Assembly: GCF_006345805.1 (NCBI RefSeq)
Contig: NC_043017.1
Coordinates: forward strand, 13,578,001-13,642,000
Length of the DNA: 64,000 nt
Direction of reading: 5' to 3'
Origin: Octopus sinensis
Lineage: Eukaryota
Made by a program: the position numbers and the translations under genes. The notes below the pieces were generated by a model. The model was given only the letters and a program-made list of their open reading frames with translations. It was not told the origin of the DNA and did not search any database. Below, in pieces: positions 27,872 to 39,905 of the stretch (positions are counted from its first letter, which is position 1; every line of letters begins with the position of its first letter).

Positions 27872-28100
27872 TTAACCCTTTAGTGTTCACATTATTCTGC
27901 CAAAATTAATCCTTTTTTATCCATATTGTTTTGAACTAATCATACATTATCTTGCAGCTATGAAATTTTGATGAGGTAACTGTTAATTTTTAAAATGATA
28001 TTGTAGGGTTGGTGTGAGAGACCAGATCTGGCCAGTTTGAACCTAAAACAGGCAGAATACTTTTGGCCAGACATGGCCGGTTTAAATGTTAAAGGGTTAA
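27872..28100. mobile_element. piggyBac-like MITE
   Basis: TTAA-CCCTTTA ... TAAAGGG-TTAA. Further copies or relatives at 9625-9851, ~18606-19283, 25701-26101, ~33290-33424, ~45022-45250, ~48930-49139 and ~55500-55732. Confidence 0.75.
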
Positions 28101-28304
28101 TCTCTCAGCATTTCACATAAAGCTATCGCTATCTCCTAATCTCACTCAGGGTTCAGGGGTCTCATTAGTCTTGCAAGCTAGTGTTACCACATTAGCACTG
28201 GTACCAAAGAAAAAAAAACCTTCAAGACAAATCTCAGAGAATGCAGATAACCGTAACTGAATACTACAGAGCTTTTAATTTTGTCCGTAATGATTCTTCT
28301 ACCA

Positions 28305-28965
28305 ATATATTGGTTTCAAATTTTGGCACAAGGCCAGCGATTTCAGGGGAGGGGCTAAGTCAATTACACTGACCCCAGTACTGGACTGGTAATTATTTTA
28401 TCAACAACCTTGAAAGAATGAAAATCAAAGTTGACCTCAGCAGAATTTGAACTCAGAATGTAAAATAAAGATGGATGAAATGCCACTAAGCATTTTGCTC
28501 GGCATGCTAACAATTTTGCCAACTCACCATCATGTCTTCTGCCAAATATCGAGAAAGAAATTTTGTCTCTAAACATGAGCTTAACTGTCTGGAAAAATTA
28601 TAACTGTATTAATAATACTTCATGGTAGACATTTTGACACTAAGAAGCAAACCTGTTGAGTCTTTGATAATGGAACAATATTATAAATGTCGATAGATGT
28701 AATGCTAATGTGATGACGCAATTTGTGAAGAGATTCCTGTGGGAAGTCTGATAAGATTGGCAATGAAAATAGAATGTAAAAGAAAACAAAGTTTCCTGGG
28801 TATAGCTGGTGATAAATATAGCAAAATAATATTTGAAAAAAAAAGAAATTATTTTAAATCAACCATAAAAAGGGAAAATAAATGGCAGGAAGAAGAGACC
28901 ATTTTCCAAAAAATGAAAATGACCAGATTTAATTATTTCTTTATTTGCTGCCCAGGTGGACCAGG

Positions 28966-29017
<52 letters not shown>

Positions 29018-30700
29018 GGTAGTGTGCCAGAGGAAATGTTTAACGATACTTCATCAGTCCTCACATTCTGAGTTCAAATTCCAACAAGGTTGACTTTGTC
29101 TTTCATCCTTTTGGGGTTGATAAAATTAAGTACCAGTGAAACACTAGAATCGATGTTATCAACTAGTCCCTTGCCCCAAATTTCAGGCCTTGTGGCTTTA
29201 GTAGAAAGGATTATTATTATTATTAATAATAATAATAATAAATTTTGGCATAAGGCCAGCAATTTCGGGTGAAGGGATAAATTGATTACATTGACCCCCA
29301 GTGCACTACTAGTGTTTTTTTTTATCAACCCTGCAAAGATGAAAGGCAAAGTTGACCCTGGTGGCATTTGAACTCAGAATGTGAAGATGAACGAAATGCC
29401 GCCAAACATTGTGCTTAATGATTCTGCCATCTCGCCACCTTAGAAAATAGTAATAATCTTTTCTACTATAGGTGAAAAGCCTGGAATTTGAGGGGAGGGG
29501 GACAGTCAATCACACCAACTCTAGTACTTAACTGGAACTTAATTTATTGACCCTGAAATGATGAAAGCCAAAAAATGCAACCTCAACAGAATTTAGATTT
29601 AGAATGTTGCTAAGCATTTTTCTTAGTGATTTTGTCACCTCACCAATAATAATAATGATGATAATAATAAAGGTTTCAAATTTTGCCACAAGGGCAGCAG
29701 TTTTGGGAGAGGGGATGAGTTAGTTACATCAACACCAGTGTCCAACTGGTACTTATTTTATCTACACTGAAAGGATGAAAGGTAAAGTCAACCTCGGCAG
29801 AATTTGAACTTAGAACGTAGCGACAGGTGTAATATCGCTAAGCAGTGCTCTAACAATCCTGCCAGCTTCCCACCTTAATAATAATCCTTTCAACTAAAGG
29901 CACAAGGCCTGAAATTTGTGGGGAGGGGGTCTAGTTGATTACATTTACCCCAGTGTTTCACTGGTACTTATTTTCTCGCCCCCAAAAGGATAAAAGGCAG
30001 AGTCAATCTCAGCAGAATTTGAACTCAGAATGTAGTGACGGGCGAAATACCGCTAAGCATTTCGTCCAGCATGCTAATGATTCCACCAGTTTCCTACCTT
30101 AATAATAATGATAATAATAATAATAATAATAAACCAATACCTGTTGTCATAGGTGCCCTGGGAATGATAGCAAAAGGGGCTGATTGCTACCTAACTCAGA
30201 TACCAGGAAACCCCAAAATGGCAGAAATTCAAAAGATAGTGCTCATGGGAACTGCTCATATCCTACGCAAAATACTTTCTATGTAATCTCAAGTTTTAAA
30301 ACAAACATAATTTTCTTATGGTTTCTTAAACATTCTCTAGAACAACACTATATACAAAACCAAATATATGGCACCCTAGGCATAACACCAACATGAACTT
30401 CCTACTTGTTGTCTCTTGAGGTCTCCGGGTGAGACTTGGAGCCAATTTGTACAAATGTAAAGCAAAAGTCAAACATAAAATAATAATAATAATGGTTTCA
30501 AATTTTGGCACAGGCCAGCTATGTTAGGGGAGGGAGCAAGTGAACTACATTAAATTCTTTACTTGACTGGTACATATTTTAACATCCCTGGAAAGATGAA
30601 AGACAAAGTTAACCTCAGCAGAATTTTAACTCAGAACACAAAGAACTGAAACAAATACTGCCAAGCATTTTTTGCCTGACTCTCTAATGGCTCTAGGTTG
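28305..30700. mobile_element. Cluster of degenerate family B-type SINEs separated by (AAT)n/(TTA)n tracts
   Basis: At least six decayed copies of gatgaaaggcaaagtcaacctcggcagaatttgaactcagaa in both orientations. Similar clusters are at ~4040-4720 and ~33590-33790. Confidence 0.7.
30133..30478 (+). mobile_element. 3' fragment of an RLE-type (R4/Dong-like) non-LTR retrotransposon in (TAA)n
   Basis: IPVVIGALGMI...IQKIVLMGTAHILRKILSM* matches the C-terminus of R4/Dong-like elements; (AAT)n flanks both sides. Confidence 0.7.
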
Positions 30701-31010
30701 CTGCCTTGTTTAAGAATAAGTCTATTGTCTACGGTGCTCAGGTGAACAACTTCTCATCAGAAAAAAGATAAAAGAGAGGAGAGTAAGTGGCAACAAGTAA
30801 AGAAAGCCAGCCATGATAGCCACAACTACATGCATAGAACATAGAATAAAACAAAAAAATGTTCTTCTTTTTTTTCTTTTGCTTGTTGCAGTCAGTTGAC
30901 TCAGGCCATACTGGGGCACCACTTAGACGGGATTTTTTAATCGAACAAATCAACCCTAGGACTTTGTTTTTGTTGCCTAGTACTTATTCTAATGGTAACG
31001 TGTGTGTGTA

Positions 31011-31074
<64 letters not shown>

Positions 31075-31714
31075 CGTGCGTGTGTTTGGTTTGCTTGGTT
31101 GTGGCTAAAAGAAGGAACATCATAAAAATTAGTTAGAAACTGCCAGAATGGCCGAGACCATATCTGAATGGTAGTAGGTGTTACAAGCTTTGCTAGTTGA
31201 AAGAAGAATCGTTCTAAAAAAATTCACTCAATTCTGGTGCTTTACTGAACTCAAAAGGCCAAATATTTTGTTGCCTCCCTCATGAACAGAAATTCATTTT
31301 GGCAAAGAGGTCATCTCTATTTTCAGACTAGAGAATGACAGATGTGTACAAACACATAGCTGAGACCCTTCAGGTCCACTACACATGTGTACTGCTCTGT
31401 AAAAGATGTGTTCACCATTTATCATAAAATCTGAATGACATGACATCATTTGTCCCCAATTAATGAATTGTAAAATCCATCTTTGATAGAATATATTTTA
31501 TAATATATTATTATTAATATCAGGAAATCAATATTAGAAAATTCTTCAGAAAGATATATACGTGTGTAAAATAATTGTTGTATTAAAAATATAAATACGT
31601 ATAAAAATATATGTAAATAAGTATAAGTATAAATATATAATGTATATGACAGTTTAAAAGTTTTAAAGCATCTTACGATTCTCATTGAATATATTTCACT
31701 AAAGATTTCTCTTT

Positions 31715-32120
31715 GATACCAGCGTCGCCTTACTGGAACTTGTGCCCATGCTAGTAGGGTGCCAAGAGCACCATCTGAGCATGATTCTTGCCAGAGCGGC
31801 TAACTAGCTTCCGTGTCGGTGGTACGTAAAAGGCACCATTCGAGCGTGATCATTACCAGCGTTGCCTTACTGGCACCTGTGCCGGTGGCATGTGTAAAAA
31901 AATTCGAGCAAGGTCGTCGCCAGTACCACCTGACTGGCCCCATGCTGGTGGCACGTAAAAAGCATGCACTACACTCTCGGAGTTGTTGGTGTTAGGAAGG
32001 GCATCCAGCTGTAGATTGGAGTCTGGTGCAGCCATCTGGTTCGCCAGCCCTCAGTCAAAATCGTCCAACCCATGCTAGCATGGAAAGCGGATGTTAAACG
32101 ATGATGATGATGATGATGAT
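31715..32120 (+). mobile_element. RTE-tail SINE / RTE 3' UTR repeat ending in (GAT)n
   Basis: aggaagggcatccagctgtag...cccatgctagcatggaaagcggatgttaaacgatgatgat. Other copies at ~9300-9420, 10215-10370, 17470-17690(-), 23775-24118(-), 25810-25965(-), 37370-37540, 43075-43222(-), 48365-48515(-) and 59900-60190. At 21120-21335 the repeat directly follows RTE coding sequence. Confidence 0.75.
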
Positions 32121-32689
32121 TAACATTTCGAAGGAATTATAGATGACAATGACAAGAGGATGTGGTTTGAGGTAGATTCAGCTGCTGCTATTTCTAATAG
32201 GTTCAGCAACTACATAGGAGTTCTATCTATTCTGCTGAATATCATTAGCATGCTGCAGACTTCCAAAGCTGTTATCTATGTCATCCTGTCAGGTTCTCAT
32301 GAGACAACCTCTCGCATGTGTTAAGTAAAACAGCTTTATGTCTGGTGTTTTTGGTCCTAGCATTTATCTTGCTTTTGGTACAGTGTCTGCCGGTTGCATT
32401 CATGCATATTGATGCAAGCGAGATGGTGCTCCAATTTATGCATCACTGCAGCTGATATTGGAGGCTTATCAGCATTAGCTATGTCTTGAAGGACCCCCCC
32501 CCCCTCACCCACCATTTCCTGTCCTGAGGAGACTAATCAAAAGAGGTAAAATTTGAACTTGAAATGCAAAGAGTTGAAACAGATACAGTTTGGTATCTTC
32601 TCCAACAGAAATTGTCAAACATTTCTGTCAAACCACTGTCCTAGACTGGTGTTTCATTTGTTGCCTTTGAAAGGAGGAAAGACAATGCT

Positions 32690-33066
32690 CATCATCATCA
32701 TCATCATCATTGTTCGACCGTGGTCGAGACAATGGAATTTACCATGCTACGCCAGACTTCACGGTCCATCATGGCATTACGGAGGTCCTGTTGCTGGATG
32801 CCTGTATCCCTGGAGATTACATCAGGGTAGGAGAGTGTGCGCCCTCTAGTATTGCGAGTAGATGGCTTCCAGAGGAGAAGAGTAGAAATTACCTCTTTTT
32901 CAGCTCTACAACAATGTCCAGCAAACTGGACTCTCCTACCTTTCACAAGAGATGACACAGGTGGTAGTTTCCCATATATTTGCATTTTGGTTGGATGGCC
33001 CTTCCACGAGAGATTTTGAGCTCTCATAAGGAGGCGAGTGTAGATTCCATCCAACCGCCTCTCAAG
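32690..33066 (-). mobile_element. RTE-like LINE 3' fragment with (GAT)n tail
   Basis: DGIYTRLLMRAQNLSWKGHPT...YGKLPPVS...RRVQFAGHCCR...LLWKP matches an RTE-type C-terminus. A decayed relative is at ~55130-55470(+). Confidence 0.8.
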
Positions 33067-34310
33067 ACAATGCTTAATCTACATGGGATTTGAACTCAGG
33101 ATATAGGGAGTTGGAATAAATGCTATAAGTTATTTTATCCATCATTCTAACAATTCTGCCATAATTTGTGAAGTGATAAAAAGCTGAGTGTGATAGATTT
33201 AGCCATAGATTCAACAGTGACATCAAAACATTCAGTACATAGGGGCATACAAAATGATGTTGATACATAGGCACCAGGACAACTCTCACACCTACCCTAT
33301 AATGTCATTCTAAAAATATACAAACACATCCATTGAAAAATACAAAACAATGCATGATTAATTCAAAACAATGAGAATAAATAAGCAATACATTCGACAA
33401 AGAAATCAGAATGCTAAAGAGTTAACCTTCCACTAACAGTTTTATGATATGTTTAATCTCTTGAGAAATTCAGTTTTACGAAAGAGAAAGAAAAGGATTT
33501 AGTAGTACTAAATCCATCAGACCGTACAAAGAAGTTTCATCTTAACCATTCCCCTTGCATTTCCCTGTTAAGAGATAAATTTTTTCTCATTAGCATGCTG
33601 GGCAAAATGCTTAGCAGCATTTTGTCCATCTTTATGTTCTGAGTTCAAATTCCACTGAGGTTGATTTTTTGCGTTTCATTCTTTCGGGATTGATAAAATT
33701 AGTACCGGTTAAGCAAAGCACTGGGGTCATGTAATTGACTTACCCACTCCCTGAACTTGTTGCCTTTGTGCCAAAATTAGAAACCAATAAAGACAGTTCA
33801 ATAACAAAATGCAACAGATCATTTCCCACCCAACTATTTTCTATCTTTTATTTTTTACCTGACAGAAAAAAAAAAAAAAAGCAAGACTTGATTTATACAA
33901 GACGTAGAGGAGGAGTTGACAGCAGAAAAGGTAACTGTAAGAAACGAAGTCCATTAGACTGGTCAGACAGCTCACTGGACATAGTTGGTAGATTCTGTTA
34001 ATTAGGTGCACTAATTAGTAGTAGCAATTACGGTATCAAAAGTCTAATTGCTAGAGTAACGAGCAGGTGGAGAAGAAAGACGAGAAACTGTTTATCTCTG
34101 TTGGCCAAACAACAGAGTCTTTAAATGCTCAATCAACTTGCTAGAAATACCAGCTAAATTACCCTAAAATCACATTTTGACATTTAGAAATAAAGAAGAA
34201 TACACTGGAATTAATGATTATTTTTAAAAGTTTACAGGTAATACATTAACTTTACAGGTAATATATTTTGTACCAAATAGGGGTTGGAGGGCAGGAAGAA
34301 ATTAAGGTAT

Positions 34311-34715
34311 TACTCTTTTACTTGTTTCAGTCATTTGACTGCAGCCATGCTGGAGCACCGCCTTTAGTAGAGCAAATCGACCCCGGGACTTATTCTTTGT
34401 AAGCCCAGTACTTATTCTATCGGTCTCTTTTGCCGAACCGCTAAGTGACGGGGACGTAAACACACCAGCATCGGTTGTCAAGCAATGCTAGGGGGACAAA
34501 CACAGACACACAAACATATACACACACTTATATATATATATATACATATATACGACAGGCTTCTTTCAGTTTCCGTCTACCAAATCCACTCACAAGGCAT
34601 TGGTCGACCCGGGGCTATAGCAGAAGACACTTGCCCAAGATGCCACGCAGTGGGACTGAACCCGGAACCATGTGGTTGGTTAGCAAGTACTTACCACACA
34701 GCCACTCCTGCGCCT
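34311..34715 (-). mobile_element. SINE family A (young)
   Basis: Full-length copy, near-identical to 45607-46008. Confidence 0.85.
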
Positions 34716-35325
34716 ATAGTTGATACATGCAATACAGATGTCTACACACACACACATACACCATAGACTGCATCCAGGAAAGGGTCATCTGACTGATCGG
34801 CATAAAATTACTCACAGCCTTTGCCACACAGACTTCAGCCTCTGGACCTTAGGCATGTTGTGTTCTCTCTCTCTCTCTCCGCTATAATGGCCTCTGCTCT
34901 ACAGAAATAACTAGATTCAAACTACTCAGGCATCCCTGACCCTCCCTTTCTCTCATCACCCTTGTTATGACCAACGCCTCAGGGTGCAATCACCCCCTAA
35001 TCAAGACACCCAGTCTTTCCTCTTCAGAACATCATCCCTCTGGAATTCCATCCCTACCCTTATCTTTCTCACAGATATTCAGATGCTGGTCCACAGAGTT
35101 TGAAGAGAAATGTTAAATGGTGAAAGACCAAGCTGTGTAGCAATGTGTTGTACAGTAGACTCAATATTCAACTTGTGTCAGTGTGAGCCGATGAAGAAGC
35201 CTCTATGTAGTCATTTGACCTGCTAAAAATAGCAGCTGAAGTCCTTCTCTACCCCTTCTCAAACTACATACTATCATATTGAAAAAAAAAAAGAAAAGAC
35301 AGGCTGAATATGGTGGTAAATATGG

Positions 35326-35504
35326 TAGGAGTGGCTGTGTGGTAAGTAGCTTGTTTACCAACCACATGGTTCCGGGTTCAATCCCACTGCGTGGCACCTT
35401 GGGCAAATGTCTTCTACTATAGCCTCGGGCCGACCAAAGCCTTGTGAGTGGATTTAGTAGACGGAAACTGAAAAGAAGCCCGTCGTATATATGTATATAT
35501 ATAT

Positions 35505-35559
<55 letters not shown>

Positions 35560-35770
35560 TTGTGTGTGTGTGTTTGTCCCCTTAGCATTGCTTGACAACC
35601 GATGCTGGTGTGTTTATGTCCCAGTTACTTAGCGGTTCGGCAAAAGAGACCGATAGAATAAATACTGGGCTTACAAAAGAATAAGTCCCGGGGTCGAGTT
35701 GCTCGATTAAAGGCGGTGCTCCAGCATGGCCGCAGTCAAATGACTGAAACAAGTAAAAGAATAAAAGAAT
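35326..35770 (+). mobile_element. SINE family A (young)
   Basis: Full-length plus-strand copy. Confidence 0.85.
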
Positions 35771-38137
35771 ATACTTGAATAAAAATAAAAGGTGGGATGA
35801 TTACAGGCTGTTTGATCAGAGAATACCTGGGGCTAAACACCAGCAACAGTTTAAGATACCGTGGGTAAAGGAATGTTAAAATAATGATGATAATGATGAT
35901 GATGATGACAATGATGACTGACAATGAAGTTGATAATTAGAATGATGAGAATGATAATTATGATAATGATGATGCTGAGGTGGTGGTGATTCCACCCCCA
36001 CCCCCCATATCAACATTCCAACGTTTCTTCTTATAATTAGTTGGCAATATATACCTTAATAATTTGAATCTCAAACAACAACCAGTTTTACCGTTTGCTA
36101 TCATCCTGACCCAGACAACTGACAGAGAAAAAATATTATTATTAAACAAATCAATATTATTCAGAAGCTAGGGTAGACTTAATCCATTGCTCAGTTCGTC
36201 ACGGTCACTCCTACTGCTGCTGCTGCCGTCACCTGGTTTGTGGGTCCCACCAACGAGTCTAAAGTTCTGACAGTTTAGGGCAGTTTGCAACCGGGGTCCA
36301 TATGGCCCCTGAAGATCTATAAAAGATTTTGGGGGGTCCATGCAACAAAACAGTAAATTGGGGATCCTCAATAGTATTTTAAGGGCCCCTGAAAAAAGTG
36401 CTTTAGATGTATGTATTGGTATATATTGCAAGAAACAGCTGGGTTTCTTTCTCTAACATTTTACATAGTTCAACCTACACAAAATGTGTGAAAAACAAAA
36501 TAAGAATTTTTAAAGAAGTTTTTATAAAACTGGTCTTTAAACATTGGATGGTTATGGGGTCCAGAGTAAAGTAGAATTCAAAGGGGTCCATAGATAGAAA
36601 ATGGCTGAGAACCCTTAGTTTAGCGGGTGCTTCAATAAAATTTAATATAAAATTCACTTTATAGAAAACAATATTTATCATTTTAAAAACAATAAGTTAT
36701 GTTTTATATTTATCACATGGTTCCGGGTTCAGTCCCACTGCATGGCACCTTGAGCAAGTGTCTTCTATTATAGCCTTGGGCCAACCAAAGCCTTGTGAGT
36801 GGATTTGGTAGGTAGACAGAAATTGAAAGAAGCCCGTCATATATATGTATGTGTATATGTGTGTGTGTGTTTGTCCCCCTAACATCGCTTGACAACTGAT
36901 GCTGGCGTGTTTACATCCCTATAACTTAGCGGTTCGGCAAAAGAGACCGATAGAATAAGAACTAGGCTTACAAATAATAAGTCCTAGGGTCGATTTGCTT
37001 GACTAAAGGCGGTGCTCCAGCATAGCCACAGTCAAATGACGGAAACAAGTAAAGAGTTCCATGAATTGTGAAAAGTTATGTTCACCATTATGCCAAACTT
37101 ACTCAGAAAAGAGACAAAAACTGCTTTTGAGCTTGTTTCTTCAGATCTGCATATAGTTATTAATGGTGTGCTGTTTGAGTCATGATGGAGCATAGGAAAA
37201 GAAAAAGCTCGTGGCTGGGTGGCCACCTCATCTCTACCATCTCCTCTCTCCTCAACTGCAAGACACCTGTTCCTGTCTCTCTATCATATTTTAGCCTCTC
37301 TACTCTCAACACAAAGCCACTTCCATCAAAGCTGCGCCCCCCCCCACCCATTAAGTCAAAGGGTTTAGTGCAGGTGCCATGAAAAACTGTAAAGTGAGTG
37401 ATTGGTATTAGGAAGGGCATCCAGCCATAGAAAACTTGGCAAAGCAGACATTGGATCTTAACAGTCCTATAATTCTTCAGACCCTGTCAAGCTATCCAAC
37501 TCATGCTAGTATGGACAGATGATGATGATGATGATAATGATGATAAGTACAGGAATAGCCATATGGCTAAGAAGTTTGCTTGGCAACTATGCAATTTTGG
37601 GTTCAATCTGATTGCATGGCAACTTGGATAAGTGTCTTTTATTCTAACCTGAGGTTGAGCAGAATTTGGTAAATGGAAACTATGCAGAAGCCTGCGATCT
37701 GTGTGCATACATTTTCATGTTTGTATTTATGTTTATGCTAGTCTAAAAATGTATTTAAATAAAAGTCAATGTTGTGCATTTTTTGTCTTGCAACTTAGTG
37801 GCTCGGCAAATAGGTTTCGATAGAATATGAACCAGATTGAAATCTGTATTGGAGTTGATAAAATTGACTGGAACCCTTTCGAAAGTGGTGCCCCACAATG
37901 GATACAGTAGAATTGTTGGAACCTGGAAAAGATACAGAACCATACAAATACAGTTCTGAAGCATTTTCTATGAAGATAAGAGATTTGAAAAAAAAATGTG
38001 TGTGACATATTTGATAAGAAAGCATTTTTTGGGTGTGTGTGTGTGAAATATACATACACATATGTCTTTGTATGTATGCATTTATCTATATATATATATA
38101 TATATATATGCATATATATAAATATGCATATATATAC

Positions 38138-38168
<31 letters not shown>

Positions 38169-38305
38169 GATGCATATATATATATGCATATATATAAATA
38201 TGCATATATATATATGCATATATATAAATATGCATATATATATATATTTATATATATATAGATGCATATATATATATGCATATATATAAATATGCATATA
38301 TATAC

Positions 38306-38336
<31 letters not shown>

Positions 38337-38371
38337 GATGCATATATATATATGCATATATATAAATATGC

Positions 38372-38402
<31 letters not shown>

Positions 38403-38574
38403 AGGGTTTAGCAACGATTGCCTTACCACATACCGAATTTAGAAATAGCAGTCAAAGGTTTAGCTATTTCTTCTACTAAAAAGGGAGATCTCAGTAAAAA
38501 CAGCATTTGGAAGGCAGACACAACAGCTAAGAGAGAATGAATTGACTGCAATCTATCATACATCTTTTTAGTTA

Positions 38575-38687
38575 TCCACGGACGTACGTTTCGAAATCAA
38601 GTTTTAAGGAAAGCATAAGAATTAAATATTAATATTAAATAATAAATAATTCTATCTTACCGAAACTTCTTTTCTCTTCAGCGTAGA
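38575..38687 (-). ncRNA. Type I hammerhead ribozyme motif, second (inverted) copy
   Basis: Reverse-complement copy of the 39041-39152 motif with an intact core: TCTTCAG at 38675-81 and GACGTACGTTTC at 38581-92 on the plus strand. Predicted cleavage between 38581 and 38580. Confidence 0.8.
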
Positions 38688-39040
38688 ATACTATAATCAT
38701 AAATGATTATATATTGAATTTTGAGATACCAGAAGGCACCAACTCCACTCAGTATCAGAGCGAGCTAGAATCCGCAACTGGTATCACCGAATTCAATTTG
38801 TGAATGAAACGATTGTGTCAACAGCCCTTCCCACCCGCGTGTAGCCAAAACAAGATGCTGTGGTCATCTTACTGAGATAAAAATATGGTTATCCGTAATA
38901 ATGAAGGGTGAAATTAATTAATTTGGAAAATTATCAATTACACCAAGTAGTCTTCGGCATGTAAAAGCCTCATTCGAGGAAAATTTAAGTAATACTAAGC
39001 AATAAGGGTTTAGCAGCATAATCATTTATGATTATAGTAT

Positions 39041-39152
39041 TCTACGCTGAAGAGAAAAGAAGTTTCAGTAAGATAGAATTATTTATTATTTATATTTAAT
39101 ATTTAATTCTTATGCTTTCCTTAAACTTGATTTCGAAACGTACGTCCGTGGA
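39041..39152 (+). ncRNA. Type I hammerhead ribozyme motif (minimal palindromic stem III, long stem II)
   Basis: Stem I TCTACG (39041-46) pairs with CGTGGA (39147-52). Core CTGAAGA at 39047-53. Stem II closes with GAAA/TTTC and continues with AAGTTT/AAACTT and AGAATTA/TAATTCT. GAAA at 39135-38 is followed by C-GTAC-G-T-C; predicted GUC cleavage after 39146. Confidence 0.8.
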
Positions 39153-39815
39153 TAACTAAAAAAATGTATGATAGATTGCAGTCAATTCATTCTCTCTTAC
39201 TGTTTGTGTCTGCCTTCCAAATGCTGTTTTTACTGAGATCTCCCTTTTTAGTAGAAGAAATAGCTATAACCCTTTGACTGCTATTTCTAAATTCGGTATG
39301 TGGTAAGGCAACTCGTTGCTAACCCTTATTGCTTAGTATTACTTAAATTTTCCTCGAATGAGGCTTTTACATGCCGAAGACTACTTGGTGTAATTGATAT
39401 TTTTCCAAATTAATTAATTTCACCCTTCATTATTATATATATATATATATAGATGCATATATATATATGCATATATATAAATATGCATATATATACAGAC
39501 ATATACATATATGTCTATGTATGTATGCATATGTATATATATATGCATACATTTATGTATGCATCATCATCATCACGATGATGATGATGATGATGCATAC
39601 ATAAATGTATGCATATATATATACATATATGCATACATACATAGACATATATGTATATGTCTATGTGTACTTAACTGCATATAAATACAACACACATACA
39701 TACACAAGTATATGCCTATATATGTAAGCATATATATATATAATATATACATACATGTCCATGCACACATATACACACGTCTATGCACAGATATAATACA
39801 CACACACATCTATGC

Positions 39816-39854
<39 letters not shown>

Positions 39855-39861
39855 TCTATAC

Positions 39862-39905
<44 letters not shown>

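Larger units (their letters stand above)
38401..39435. mobile_element. Non-autonomous Penelope-like / retrozyme-like element with inverted pseudo-LTR arrangement
   Basis: Segment A (38401-38710) is inverted at 39018-39328 and segment B (38896-39015) is inverted at ~39317-39435. TAAGGGTTTAGCA repeats at 38401 and 39003 (602-bp period). Carries hammerhead motifs, sits in a TA-rich microsatellite and has no long ORF. Confidence 0.7.

Noticed and set aside
36050-36270. Minus-strand acceptor-like sites and an ATG (MIANGK...) as a possible upstream exon of the PET-LIM gene
   Set aside because: The plausible donors are phase 1 or 2, incompatible with the phase-0 acceptor at 24787. It could still be non-coding.
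39353-39382. ctcgaatgaggc-ttttacat-gccgaagac in segment B, loosely like CUGAUGAGGC...GCCGAAAC
   Set aside because: It needs several insertions in the invariant core and has no clear stem I or III, so it is not called a second ribozyme.
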